A stretch of 64,000 nt of DNA from a bacterium (GTDB lineage Bacteria > Bacteroidota > Ignavibacteria > UBA10030), in NCBI GenBank assembly GCA_043803945.1, contig JAZDJN010000111.1, positions 1 to 64,000 of the forward strand. Direction: 5' to 3'. The notes under the pieces are model-generated. The model was not told the origin of the DNA. It did not search any database and saw only the letters and a list, made by a program, of their open reading frames with translations. Positions 31,421-41,519 of the stretch are shown here, piece by piece. Within the stretch, counting starts at the first letter, position 1. Every line of letters starts with the position of its first letter. The position numbers were made by a program, and so were the translations under genes.

Positions 31421-32935
31421 TTATTCCTGTTCTTCCTTATGCCGATTGATGAGTCGTGCCTTTTTCTGATTAATTTGATTCATAAGCGAATCCATATAAA
31501 TTTTCCGCCCTGAAGGAAAATACTGTGTCTTCCCTTTGAGCTGGGTGGGGGGCCTTGTGAAAACTTCTTCTTTAATTAAGGAATCACCAATGAAAATCCG
31601 GATGCCATGGTCATCTCCATCCACTCTGAGATTCAGTACTTTAGATTCATCAAGATTCTGGAGGAGAGAATCCATCATCATCAAAGGATCCCCGAACGGC
31701 ATCGGACTACGAACTTGGAATCGAGTGGGCCCATCGGGACGTTTTCGAGCGACGGTCGTCAATTCCGGCGGTACCGGGCTTTCCCAGCGACCCTGGAGAT
31801 TGATCACGATGGAAGCCCGATCTTCCCTTACATGAACGCGGACAGGTGCATCGTAGATCGTTCTTTCGACATCCGGCCGCGTGGCAAACCGTCTTTTAAT
31901 AGATTCGACAGCGATGATTGCTTCGCGTTGATCGGCTTCGACCTCTCTGAGGTGTTGCCGCAGTTCTTCGACGTTAAACTGAAGCTCTGGAAATGTTGCA
32001 TCATGAGTGAAGCCGATGAATGTCGCCCGCCCTCTCGGTTTCTTCATTTCGATAAGTGCGTCTTTCCCCTTGTGCGGTTTCTGGCTTGCGGCGAATGCAA
32101 AGGGGGCACGTTTTATTTCCAGGTACTTTTCAAATCGTACCCGCTGTTCCGCCTCAAGATACGATGAGATCCCCGCTAGCATCACCTGGTTCAATTGCGT
32201 GATATTCGGGTCGACCAGCATCATCGAATCATCCTTCATGAGAAATGCGGTTCTAATCTGCTGCTGCCCGAGATCGAAAAGTGAATCGAGCTTGCTCTTC
32301 TGCAGATCGGTTGCACGAATCTCCCTGTAGAGATCAGAGACGGTTACGAGATTCACCGGCCGTTGTTTTTTACCAACTTCAATTTTATATCCTTTTTGTT
32401 CATCCTCGTTTACTTGTAGAATAGTGCCGGCCTGGGCATCCATCGGAATAGTGCCAAACATCGCGAACTGAAGAACCTGGTTCCTGTCGATCTTTGAAAA
32501 TAACTGAGTGATCGATCCCTGCAGCGAAGCTTTCTGTTCTTCGTACACCTGTTGAACCTGATCACTTTGTTTCGCGAGATAGTCAGTTATCGGTTTGTAT
32601 TGCATCACCGCAACTGTAATAAACAGCACCAAAAATATTCCGCCAATCGCAGTAACAGCCGGTAGGTATTTCCGGGGAAATGGGAATAGCGAAGTTGAAT
32701 CGCTTTGCTGCTGCTCCATGCGTATCGAAAGGCGCGTCCAGAAGCCGATACTCTCAGGTACCATGGTTTTCTTCTGGATTACCCGTTTCAAAGACTGCAG
32801 CTCAACCAGTTCCTGAGCTAATTCAGGATTTGTGGCAAGGTGCTTCTTGAGCAGTGCGGTTTCTTCAGGAGTCAGCTCCCCATCGATATAGGCGGAGAGC
32901 ATCGAAGCAAGCTCGGCATAAGTGACTTTTTTCAT
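31421..32935 (-). CDS. Putative membrane anti-sigma factor
   Basis: N-terminal LSAYIDGEL...HL anti-sigma-like domain, one TM helix, large C-terminal domain; directly downstream of the ECF sigma gene. Confidence 0.75.
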   Translation of the reverse strand: MKKVTYAELASMLSAYIDGELTPEETALLKKHLATNPELAQELVELQSLKRVIQKKTMVPESIGFWTRLSIRMEQQQSDSTSLFPFPRKYLPAVTAIGGIFLVLFITVAVMQYKPITDYLAKQSDQVQQVYEEQKASLQGSITQLFSKIDRNQVLQFAMFGTIPMDAQAGTILQVNEDEQKGYKIEVGKKQRPVNLVTVSDLYREIRATDLQKSKLDSLFDLGQQQIRTAFLMKDDSMMLVDPNITQLNQVMLAGISSYLEAEQRVRFEKYLEIKRAPFAFAASQKPHKGKDALIEMKKPRGRATFIGFTHDATFPELQFNVEELRQHLREVEADQREAIIAVESIKRRFATRPDVERTIYDAPVRVHVREDRASIVINLQGRWESPVPPELTTVARKRPDGPTRFQVRSPMPFGDPLMMMDSLLQNLDESKVLNLRVDGDDHGIRIFIGDSLIKEEVFTRPPTQLKGKTQYFPSGRKIYMDSLMNQINQKKARLINRHKEEQE

Positions 32936-32936
32936 G

Positions 32937-33590
32937 CTATTGTTCCTCCAGCAACGGCTTCAGTGTTTTTCGCAACATTGCGCGTGCACGAAAGAGTCGT
33001 GATTTCACTGTACCAATTTCGCATTGCATGATGTCGGCAATTTCTTCATAAGAAAATCCTTCAATTTCTTTCAAGACAATCGGAACTCGAAACTTCTCTG
33101 GCAGTGTCTGCAACGCGCTTGAAATGAGGTGCTGCATTTCGCTGTCCACGGGATGCACCACCATCTTGCTTCCGATTTCCTTTTCGACGCTCTCAGGGAG
33201 TGCGTGAAGTGAAAGTATGCGCCGCACTTTTCTTCTTCGAAGCTCATCTCTGCACTTGTTTACCGCTATCCGATACAACCATGTATAGAATGAGGATTGG
33301 AATCTGAAATTCGGGAGCGCCTCATACGCCTTGATGAACACCTCCTGGGCAATATCGTCGATGAGGTCAGGTTCATTGAAGATGGAATAGAGAAGATTCC
33401 TGACCCTGCGCTGATATCGATCGACGAGATAGCGATAGGCACCTTTCTCCCCGCCTTGGAAGAGAGAAATGAGCACTTCATCACTCTTCTCACGCAACGG
33501 TGTCTCTATCACATGAGCTATAGCTTGTGTCGCCATATTCTTTGGTTGTTGTCCGGATTCATCCATATAGACGCCCGACGGTGTCTCCAT
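32937..33590 (-). CDS. ECF RNA polymerase sigma factor
   Basis: DIAQEVFIKAY, F.TWLYRIAVN, SYEEIA...GTVKSRLFRAR. Start uncertain (33617/33590/33566). Confidence 0.93.
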   Translation of the reverse strand: METPSGVYMDESGQQPKNMATQAIAHVIETPLREKSDEVLISLFQGGEKGAYRYLVDRYQRRVRNLLYSIFNEPDLIDDIAQEVFIKAYEALPNFRFQSSFYTWLYRIAVNKCRDELRRRKVRRILSLHALPESVEKEIGSKMVVHPVDSEMQHLISSALQTLPEKFRVPIVLKEIEGFSYEEIADIMQCEIGTVKSRLFRARAMLRKTLKPLLEEQ

Positions 33591-33630
33591 GTTCCTTCTC
33601 CAATAGCAAATTGTCATCTTTACCTACCAG

Positions 33631-33659
33631 GATACCGGAGAAAATTCACGGAGGTTTCA
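33631..33659 (-). promoter_or_regulatory. Putative autoregulatory ECF promoter
   Basis: Minus strand TGAAAC-N16-CGGTATC upstream of the ECF gene. Confidence 0.45.
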
Positions 33660-33683
33660 AAATGTTGACGAAATGCACTGCAA

Positions 33684-33737
33684 TAAAAATACCCGTTGAC
33701 TTCTACCTCGTACCCACACAGGTGAACTCAAACGGGT
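33684..33737 (-). terminator. Terminator-like hairpin after nuoF
   Basis: Minus strand ACCCGTTTGAGTTC...GAAGTCAACGGGT-ATTTTT. Confidence 0.5.
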
Positions 33738-33768
33738 TCTCAATGTTACTGCAGCATTATGTGTCGAA

Positions 33769-35016
33769 TTACTCTGATTTTATTCGTTTTTCAAATTCAT
33801 CCCGAAATCGAAGAATCATCGATTGGACCGGCCAGGCTGCGGCATCTCCCAATGCACAAATGGTATTCCCTTCAATGTTGTTCGCAATATCCATCAAGAG
33901 ATTGATATCCTGCCGCCGCCCCTCTCCCTGTTCAAATCGTTTAAGTACCTTCCAGAGCCAGCCAGTCCCTTCCCTGCAAGGTGTGCACTGGCCGCAAGAT
34001 TCGTGATAATAAAAATGGGCAATTCTTGAGAGAACCCGAATGAGATCGGTATCCTCGTCCATGACAATCACCCCAGCAGTTCCCACGGATGAGCCTGCAG
34101 CTTTCATCGAATCTGCATCCATCCGGGCTCCTTCAAGCTGATCTCCTCGCAAAATCATTGTCGATGAGCCGCCCGGGATCACTGCTTTTATCGCTTTGTC
34201 GCCCGGAACACCCTGAGCATATTTGTAAATGATTTCAAGAATCGGAACTCCAGTCGGCATCTCATACACACCTGGAGCGTTAACATGACCGCTGACACCG
34301 ACGAGAATTGGTCCCGGATGTGTAGGAGAACCAATCTTGGAAAACCACTCCCATCCTTTACTGATGATTAAAGGGACATTGCTGATGGTTTCAACATTAT
34401 TGATGGTTGTCGGACACCCCCACAAGCCGAACTGAGCAGGAAATGGCGGTTTGATTCGCGGGTAACCGCGCAAGCCTTCTATTGAATTCATCAACGATGA
34501 TTCTTCGCCGCAAATGTACGCCCCGGCACCACGGTGAATAACAATGTTTGTCGAGAAGGATGTACCGAGAATATTGTTGCCGACATATCCTTTTGCATAG
34601 GCGTCATCGAGAGCTGCCTGGAGAAGACGAATCCATTTAGCGTACTCTCCCCGGATATAAATATAGGCAGTGGTGATCCCCATCGCATAACACGCGATCA
34701 CAGATCCTTCAATAAGAAGGTGGGGATTGAATTCGAAGAGTTGGCGATCCTTGAAGGTACCGGGTTCTGATTCATCTCCATTGACGCAAAGATACTTCGC
34801 CTTCGTCGTTTGCATTGGCATGAACGACCATTTCAATCCGGTGGGGAAACACGCTCCCCCGCGGCCGCGGAGATTCGATTTCTTTACCTGATCGATGACC
34901 TCTTCTGGTTTCATGGTGAGGGCTTTTCTCAGCGCCTCATAGCCATTGTTCGCCTCGTAGATCTCAATCTTGTGAAGGTTCTTTATCTTTGGCAATAAGT
35001 AGAGTTCCGACTCCAC
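33769..35016 (-). CDS. nuoF: NADH-quinone oxidoreductase subunit F
   Basis: LRGRGGA, NGDESEPG, GAGAYICGEE, ESCGQCTPCREG. Confidence 0.96.
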   Translation of the reverse strand: MESELYLLPKIKNLHKIEIYEANNGYEALRKALTMKPEEVIDQVKKSNLRGRGGACFPTGLKWSFMPMQTTKAKYLCVNGDESEPGTFKDRQLFEFNPHLLIEGSVIACYAMGITTAYIYIRGEYAKWIRLLQAALDDAYAKGYVGNNILGTSFSTNIVIHRGAGAYICGEESSLMNSIEGLRGYPRIKPPFPAQFGLWGCPTTINNVETISNVPLIISKGWEWFSKIGSPTHPGPILVGVSGHVNAPGVYEMPTGVPILEIIYKYAQGVPGDKAIKAVIPGGSSTMILRGDQLEGARMDADSMKAAGSSVGTAGVIVMDEDTDLIRVLSRIAHFYYHESCGQCTPCREGTGWLWKVLKRFEQGEGRRQDINLLMDIANNIEGNTICALGDAAAWPVQSMILRFRDEFEKRIKSE

Positions 35017-35020
35017 GCGA

Positions 35021-35485
35021 TTACTCCAGCTCTTCGAGAATTTTATCCAGTTTTTCGGGGGTCAAATCTTCGTAATACTCCTCGTTGATTGCTGCCATGG
35101 GGGCAGTACCGCACGAACCCATGCATTCGACCTCTTCAAGTGTCCACTTCTTATCTGCAGTTGTCTCGCCTAGACGTACACCCAGCTTATGCTCAAGATA
35201 GTTAACAATTTTATCAGACCCACGAAGCATACAGGAGACATTGGTACAAACTTCAATGTGATGTTTTCCAAGCGGCTTACGTTTGAACATCGTATAGAAT
35301 GTGACGACACCAAGGATATGTGTATCGGAGACATGGAGAAGCTCTGACACGTACTTCATTGCCTCGTCAGAAATGAATCCTTGTTCCTTCTGCACCATCC
35401 AGAGCACTGGCAACACCAGGGCCTGGGTCGTGGGATACAGGGTTTTCAACGTTTCAATTTTTCTCAGATTATCTTCAGATAGCAT
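35021..35485 (-). CDS. nuoE: NADH-quinone oxidoreductase subunit E
   Basis: VTFYTMF, CTNVSC, ECMGSC 2Fe-2S ligands. Confidence 0.95.
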   Translation of the reverse strand: MLSEDNLRKIETLKTLYPTTQALVLPVLWMVQKEQGFISDEAMKYVSELLHVSDTHILGVVTFYTMFKRKPLGKHHIEVCTNVSCMLRGSDKIVNYLEHKLGVRLGETTADKKWTLEEVECMGSCGTAPMAAINEEYYEDLTPEKLDKILEELE

Positions 35486-35503
35486 ACGTCTTGTTCCAGC
35501 ACT

Positions 35504-36742
35504 CTATTTATCTGCTTCACCCATGACAGGATCCAGGCTGCCGATGATTGCGACGACATCAGAGATCATACAGCCCATCAACATCGTCGGGAGGGTTTGG
35601 ATATTGACAAATGACGGTGAACGAATCTTCAATCGCCAGGGATAGCCTTTGCCACGACTGTGGATGTAAAATCCAAGTTCGCCTTTGGGATTTTCCACTC
35701 CATGATAGACCTCTCCAACAGGTGGATCGATACCGAAATTGATAAGCATAAAATCATGGATCAATTCTTCCATCCTGGAGTAAACCTTCTCCTTGCGGGG
35801 AAGAACTTTCTTCGGTTTAAATGCATGGACATCACCCTGAGGAAAGTGCTTCAGGATTTGATGGATCATCTTTACGCTCTCTCTCATCTCAGCCATCCGG
35901 ACATAGTACCGGGCGAGAGCATCTCCCCCTTCGTAGACCGGAACATCAAAATCCAACTCGTCATAAATGAGATAGGGATTAGCTTTCCTCAGATCATGGC
36001 CAATGCCGCACGCACGCAAGCCGGGGCCTGTGAAGCCAAGATCGATAGCCTTTTCCGGCGTGATTACGCCAATGCCATCACAGCGTTCGACAAAGATCCT
36101 GTTCTTATTCAGCAGGTATTCGCAATCAACAAGTGTCTGCGGAAACTGTACGATGAATTTCTTAACCGAATCGAGAATTTCAGGGGTGACATCCTGAGCG
36201 ACTCCACCGATACGCGTATAACTGGTCGTGAACCGGGCTCCGGCAATTCTCTCAAAAAGGTCATATAGTTTTTCGCGCTCACGGAAAGCCCACATCCAGA
36301 CTGTGAGCGCACCAACATCCATAGCAATGGATCCCAGAAACATCAGATGGGAAGAGATTCTGGCGAGTTCCGAGATCATCGTTCGAATAAATTGTGCCCG
36401 CCGTGGAGCTTCAATCCCTAAGAGTTTTTCCACGGCCAGAACATAGGCAGTGTTGTTGGCCAGGGGTGAGATGTAATCGAGCCGGTCAGTATGTGGAATA
36501 AATTCGTGGTAGGTGCAATTCTCCGCAAGCTTTTCATACCCGCGATGAAGATAACCGACCTCCGGGACGCAGCCGACAACCGTCTCTCCATCGAGCCGGA
36601 TGAGAAGCCGCAGCACACCATGGGTTGCAGGATGCTGCGGACCCATGTTCAGGATCATTAAATTATCAAGGGGATCATCGAACGTCGCGCTGGTGTTCTG
36701 ATCTTCAAGGGCTTGTACGATTTTCGCTTTTTTCTCGTCCAC
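35504..36742 (-). CDS. nuoD: NADH-quinone oxidoreductase subunit D
   Basis: NMGPQHPATHGVLRL, GYLHRG, ENPKGE. Confidence 0.96.
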   Translation of the reverse strand: MDEKKAKIVQALEDQNTSATFDDPLDNLMILNMGPQHPATHGVLRLLIRLDGETVVGCVPEVGYLHRGYEKLAENCTYHEFIPHTDRLDYISPLANNTAYVLAVEKLLGIEAPRRAQFIRTMISELARISSHLMFLGSIAMDVGALTVWMWAFREREKLYDLFERIAGARFTTSYTRIGGVAQDVTPEILDSVKKFIVQFPQTLVDCEYLLNKNRIFVERCDGIGVITPEKAIDLGFTGPGLRACGIGHDLRKANPYLIYDELDFDVPVYEGGDALARYYVRMAEMRESVKMIHQILKHFPQGDVHAFKPKKVLPRKEKVYSRMEELIHDFMLINFGIDPPVGEVYHGVENPKGELGFYIHSRGKGYPWRLKIRSPSFVNIQTLPTMLMGCMISDVVAIIGSLDPVMGEADK

Positions 36743-36758
36743 GCTGTCGCTTCTCAGT

Positions 36759-37244
36759 CTACTTTTTCGGCAATGGCAATGAGCCAGGAATACCCATTAA
36801 GGGAAAATCTTTTCGGAGAGGATGATATTCAAAATCATCGGGCATATAGATGCGGCGGAGATCGGGATGTCCTTCGAAAACGATGCCAAACATATCGAAG
36901 GTTTCTCTCTCATGCCAATTTGCCGTCCCCCACACTGTCATAACGGTCTGAAGCTTAGGTGAATCTTCTTCCACAAATGTTTTAAGACGTATCCGGTGTT
37001 TTGTGCTTAATGAGTACAAATTGTAAATGATGCCAAACCGTTTTGTCGGTGTGTACATATCGATTCCACAGAGATCCATCAGAAAATCGTATTTCAGCAC
37101 TTCATCTTCTTTGAGAAAGCGGCATACCTCCACAATGGATTCTTTAGGAAGAGTCACTGTCAGTTCACCGCGAAATTCCGCAGTTTCGAACTTCCCTTCA
37201 CCAAATTTCGCTGTCAGCCGTTCAATCACAAGTTGATTCATCAT
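36759..37244 (-). CDS. nuoC: NADH-quinone oxidoreductase subunit C
   Basis: [29 protein letters not shown]. Confidence 0.96.
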   Translation of the reverse strand: MMNQLVIERLTAKFGEGKFETAEFRGELTVTLPKESIVEVCRFLKEDEVLKYDFLMDLCGIDMYTPTKRFGIIYNLYSLSTKHRIRLKTFVEEDSPKLQTVMTVWGTANWHERETFDMFGIVFEGHPDLRRIYMPDDFEYHPLRKDFPLMGIPGSLPLPKK

Positions 37245-37777
37245 CCAGCCTGTTGATCTGATTTAGTACTATTCTCTTTTTCAAAACCGACATATGCGGG
37301 GAAACTCCCGCGACTCTCACCCCTTTGAACTTTCTGTTGAAGTGTGATCAGGGCATTGAGCAAATTGTCAGGCCGGGGCGGGCATCCGGCGACATACAAA
37401 TCCACCGGTAAAAACCGATCGATCCCCTGCACGACAGAGTAGGTGCGGTACATTCCGCCCGATGAAGTGCATGCACCCATGGCAATGATCCATTTAGGAT
37501 CCGGCATCTGATCATAAATTTTCCGCACGACCTTTGCCATCTTGAATGTTGTTGTTCCCGCAACAATCATGACATCGGATTGTCGAGGCGAGAAACGAAA
37601 AACCTCGGAACCAAAACGTGAGGCATCAAAGCGGGGCCCTGCAAAGGCCATCATTTCTATGGCGCAGCAAGAAATTCCCATCGGCATGGGCCAGAGTGAA
37701 TTTTTCCTGCACCAGTTAATAGCTTCATCAATGCGCGTAGTCAGTACACTATCTCCAAAGGCATGTTCTAATCCCAC
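37241..37777 (-). CDS. nuoB: NADH-quinone oxidoreductase subunit B
   Basis: SCCAIEM, SPRQSD, MGAC, GCPPRP. Confidence 0.96.
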   Translation of the reverse strand: MGLEHAFGDSVLTTRIDEAINWCRKNSLWPMPMGISCCAIEMMAFAGPRFDASRFGSEVFRFSPRQSDVMIVAGTTTFKMAKVVRKIYDQMPDPKWIIAMGACTSSGGMYRTYSVVQGIDRFLPVDLYVAGCPPRPDNLLNALITLQQKVQRGESRGSFPAYVGFEKENSTKSDQQAG

Positions 37778-38124
37778 TCCAACGCTCCTTTCCTCCAGAT
37801 GTAATAATATCCCACGAGCAGTATTCCGATAAACAGTGTCATGGAGACAAAACCTGCAAGCCCCAACTCGCGGAATGACACCGCCCAGGGATAGAGGAAG
37901 ACAACTTCGATGTCAAAGAGGATGAAGAGCACAGCGACCATATAGAATTTGATTGAAAATCGTTCGCGGGCATTTCGTATTGGCTCCATCCCGCTCTCAT
38001 AGGTTGAGAGCTTTTCCTCCGTTGCCCTCTTCGGTCCGAACCATTCGTTCAGTTTAACCATAACAATACCGAAGATCACGCCTCCCGCGATCATCACTGC
38101 GATGGGTAGATACTGTTCAATCAT
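37768..38124 (-). CDS. nuoA: NADH-quinone oxidoreductase subunit A
   Basis: YESGM.P, FILFDIE..FLYPW, KGALEW. Confidence 0.96.
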   Translation of the reverse strand: MIEQYLPIAVMIAGGVIFGIVMVKLNEWFGPKRATEEKLSTYESGMEPIRNARERFSIKFYMVAVLFILFDIEVVFLYPWAVSFRELGLAGFVSMTLFIGILLVGYYYIWRKGALEWD

Positions 38125-38198
38125 TTGAGATCAGAATGTTTAAATAACTTTTCTCTTGTGTTCAACACTCGCCCTCTTGAGCTATAAAATTTTTAAAA

Positions 38199-38227
38199 AC
38201 GTTAAGCAAAAATGGGTACAAAGTCAA
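38199..38227 (-). promoter_or_regulatory. Sigma70-type promoter of nuoA
   Basis: TTGACT-N17-TAACGT on the minus strand. Confidence 0.5.
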
Positions 38228-38420
38228 TTTGTTCATTTCGAGGGTAGTGGGCTATTTTCATATCTTGTATCTGACAGCTTGGAGATCAGATGCAAGAAAG
38301 AAAAACATTCAAGAGAACGCGAGACTATTTTTGGTCGTCATTCTTAATTAAGAGATACATAACTTGCTTATGAAACGAGTTTTTCACATTATTAACAGGT
38401 ATAGAAAACGTGGAGGTGGT

Positions 38421-38750
38421 ATGCCTGAAAAACAAGATTTTACAATTGCACTCAAAAGATCTCCTGATTATAAGATTTACCCTTTTCAGACCGTCTATGG
38501 AGGTCCTCTTCCCGATCTGTCCGCGATTCTGCTAAATGTATGTATAGATCATTCTGCATTTCCCAGTTATGTTACGCACCCCATAAAAGAAGATGGATCA
38601 GTTGATATGAATACCATCACAGATCTGACACAAATCGCCAACATAGAAAGGGAAGTGTTATGTGGGTTAATGGTACCCTTACCATTAGCGAAAGCCTTGG
38701 TAAGCTGGTTGCAAGCTCACATTAATAGAATAGAAGGAGGAACATCATGA
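38421..38750 (+). CDS. Hypothetical protein, DUF3467-like
   Basis: ATG 38421 with GGAGG RBS. Pattern VYGGPLP...IEREV..GLMV....AKALVSWL resembles DUF3467-related small proteins. Confidence 0.55.
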   Translation: MPEKQDFTIALKRSPDYKIYPFQTVYGGPLPDLSAILLNVCIDHSAFPSYVTHPIKEDGSVDMNTITDLTQIANIEREVLCGLMVPLPLAKALVSWLQAHINRIEGGTS

Positions 38751-39133
38751 TAACATCGCAATATACCAGATATGATTCAGCCGAAGTTGCAATTTATCCT
38801 GAGAGGATCGACGAGAAACTTAAATATATGGTTCCTCAGGTTCCTTATACTCCACTGCACGGATTGACAATCCATCGGCTAACAATCATACCTCCTCATG
38901 TTGAGTTGTTTAATATAGAGTTTCGAGTACATAAAGAAAATGGACACTATCATCTTACTTCAGACCAATGGCCAATTTTAACGACATTCGGCGATTCTTT
39001 TCAAGATGCAGTACATGAACTTCAAGAACTAATGAAAGACCTCATCCAAGAATATGTGATCGTCTCAGAGGAAAAACTATCTCCTGACTCTATAGAGTTC
39101 CGCAATTTTCTTCTTAGCAGACTTTTCCAATAG
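38747..39133 (+). CDS. HicB-like antitoxin (putative)
   Basis: ATGA overlap with the upstream gene. FRVHKENGHYHLTS...LTTFGDSFQDAVHELQELM matches the HicB-type GxTxxEAxxN pattern. Confidence 0.6.
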   Translation: MITSQYTRYDSAEVAIYPERIDEKLKYMVPQVPYTPLHGLTIHRLTIIPPHVELFNIEFRVHKENGHYHLTSDQWPILTTFGDSFQDAVHELQELMKDLIQEYVIVSEEKLSPDSIEFRNFLLSRLFQ

Positions 39134-39148
39134 CCTTATGATTTAACC

Positions 39149-39445
39149 GTGGTTATTGAGAAAGAAAAAATACGATCTGGATTGGAAGGGAAAAAGTGCT
39201 TTAAGGAGGGAGGCACCAAACATGATTTATATAAATTAGAAATAGATGGACGTACCTATCCCGTTGCCACAAAACTATCACGCGGATCAAAATACAAAGA
39301 TTATGGAGATGATTTGGTGTCTGATGTTTGTCGTCAGCTTGGTTTAACCAAAAAAGAGATACTGCCTTTTTTGGAGTGTACTATTAAAGTTGCCGAATAT
39401 GTCGATATGTTGAAACAACGAGGAAGAATTAAAGAAACAAATTAG
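39149..39445 (+). CDS. HicA-like toxin (putative)
   Basis: Small Lys-rich protein; F.EGGTKHDLY catalytic-His region, TKLSRG...DY...LVSDVCRQLGLT, typical of HicA-fold RNases. Confidence 0.65.
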   Translation: MVIEKEKIRSGLEGKKCFKEGGTKHDLYKLEIDGRTYPVATKLSRGSKYKDYGDDLVSDVCRQLGLTKKEILPFLECTIKVAEYVDMLKQRGRIKETN

Positions 39446-39587
39446 TCTTATCGTCGTTTTATTAAGTCGTCCTTCTTACTTGTTCTCCTAATCCCTAAAA
39501 GTTCTCCCAAATAGACTCACCTTAATACACACCGAAAGCGATTTTCGAAAGGAGCCCACTTCCAGTTCGAGAGGTTTGCGGCAGAAC

Positions 39588-41297
39588 CTATCGCAACTCC
39601 AATTGAATTCCTTCCAGCGGCCATCGAGCCCGGACACGAACAGTATCCCGATACTGTGTAAACCGTTCGGAGGCAGAGAATGGATACACAGTCCCATAAT
39701 CATACTTGCCATTCCCATTCCGATCATGAAATGCCCGGAGAGAATATTTTCCCTCTACAAGGTCGGTTATTGCAAATTGTCCGTCGGGCGAGGCCGTTAC
39801 TGCAATCGACGCCGCATCCTTAGCAGAAACATTCATCGCAGTGATAATGATCGATCCCTTCCTTCCTCTTACTTCTGAGTCCTGAACACGACCATGGATG
39901 CTGCTGAACCTCTCACGATCCATCGTCTGGAATGAGATGACACGAACAGAATCACGGGGACGCTTTCCATTCATACCCAATACATTATGAAGATGAATCC
40001 TGAACGAGTGCCACTCAGCCGATTCAAGCTGCTGCGTTGGTTTGATCAGGATCGCTGTGTTCGAAATCCATTCCAGCGAAAAAGGGATCAGAAGTTTTCG
40101 TGCACTCTGCATCGTGACTGCACCCAGTATCGTCTCCCTTTGTACAACATCTGAAAAATTAATGACGATCTCAGGCTGCAAAGCAATTCCCTTTGCACTG
40201 TCTTGAAGCGACATCCATGCTATTCTTAATGGCAGTGAATCGACCAGTGATGGTCCCGTGAATGATGCTGCGTTCGCCAACGGTGAAATGATATTCCCTG
40301 CGAGATCCCGCAGGCTTGAAATCCGGATTCGATAAGGTGCATCAGGAGTCATTGGATTCGTCGAGAACGAAAACAGATTCATCTTTGGAAGCAGAGCATC
40401 GAAGGAATACACGGTCAGAGGTTTTCCATTCAGGGTATCTGTGACCTGAGCGAATTCGGTTCTCACCAGACTGGTATCAATTGTTTCCGAAAATTCCACA
40501 ATCATATGGCGTTGATCCGGTGATTCTACTTTCAGCAACCTGGGAGAGGTGGTATCAGCCTTCGTCATCTGGATATGAACATCGGAATATAGAGTATCAG
40601 ATTCTCCGAGGAAGATATCTGAGGGAGGCACTCCGATTAGATCTGTTTCGGGATCGTAGAGCAGATTTTTAAACTCATCCTTCACGGCAAACAAACGATA
40701 CCAGCCAAAGGAGAGGTGGTTGAGAGCAAACGATCCATCATGGCTGGTCTGTGTGATATAGGCCGGAGAGGCAGATTGTGGATTCAACGTGTCAGCCTTA
40801 ACCCCATCAAGACGATACGCAAAAACCATGATCCCTGATGGCGAGTCGGCAGGATTCAATTGAAATATTTTTCCTTCAATTGCACCGCGGTCTATTGCTT
40901 TTCCTGTGGAGAAGGCGAGAAGGAATGATGTTGCCATCCGGTTCCGGTTGTTCAAATCTACAACATCCGTTCCTATCGTCACAACATACGTTGTGCTGTC
41001 ACGTAACTTCCCCGGCAGGAGAATTTCGACCTTCCTCCCATTCCATTCAAACTCCAGCGGCCCGACATTGGGTGAGATGAATATTGCGCTTTCCACACTC
41101 CTCTGATCGACATATTCACTGAATTCAAAGACTAATATGGTGTCTGAAAAAAAAGTTGTGAATGCTGCAGGTGTCGTCGAAATAATCTGAGGCGGTTCTG
41201 TATCGATCGGCCCGCCTTCCGGCGGCCGCTGCCCCGCACAGGAGAGGAGAAAAAGTGAAAGGACAAGAAGTAAGGAATTGAACTGTGCTGGCTTCAT
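39588..41297 (-). CDS. Ig-like domain lipoprotein
   Basis: Lipobox LLSC followed by AGQRPPEGGP.D..PP, a conserved FCB-group lipoprotein start; repeated Ig-like domains. Confidence 0.8.
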   Translation of the reverse strand: MKPAQFNSLLLVLSLFLLSCAGQRPPEGGPIDTEPPQIISTTPAAFTTFFSDTILVFEFSEYVDQRSVESAIFISPNVGPLEFEWNGRKVEILLPGKLRDSTTYVVTIGTDVVDLNNRNRMATSFLLAFSTGKAIDRGAIEGKIFQLNPADSPSGIMVFAYRLDGVKADTLNPQSASPAYITQTSHDGSFALNHLSFGWYRLFAVKDEFKNLLYDPETDLIGVPPSDIFLGESDTLYSDVHIQMTKADTTSPRLLKVESPDQRHMIVEFSETIDTSLVRTEFAQVTDTLNGKPLTVYSFDALLPKMNLFSFSTNPMTPDAPYRIRISSLRDLAGNIISPLANAASFTGPSLVDSLPLRIAWMSLQDSAKGIALQPEIVINFSDVVQRETILGAVTMQSARKLLIPFSLEWISNTAILIKPTQQLESAEWHSFRIHLHNVLGMNGKRPRDSVRVISFQTMDRERFSSIHGRVQDSEVRGRKGSIIITAMNVSAKDAASIAVTASPDGQFAITDLVEGKYSLRAFHDRNGNGKYDYGTVYPFSASERFTQYRDTVRVRARWPLEGIQLELR

Positions 41298-41400
41298 ACC
41301 TGTTGATGGAAATACGACTGGTTTTACCATCGTCAATATAGCGAAGGAAGTGAAAAGAACAAAGAGCAACGATAATCCATAGAGACTCTCACGAAAAGGA

Positions 41401-41489
41401 TAACCACTAAGGACACGAAGGACCAAAAGAAAATAGATTATAGGAAATTAAATTAATTCAACAGTTTTTCCTTTGTGACCTTCGTGGTT
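41401..41489. repeat. REP/MITE-like inverted repeat
   Basis: AACCACTAAGGACACGAAGGA ... TCCTTTGTGACCTTCGTGGTT. Left 22 nt are identical to 44658-44679. Confidence 0.8.
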
Positions 41490-41519
41490 TGTGTTTTAGG
41501 TTACTTTTCAATCGGTTCT

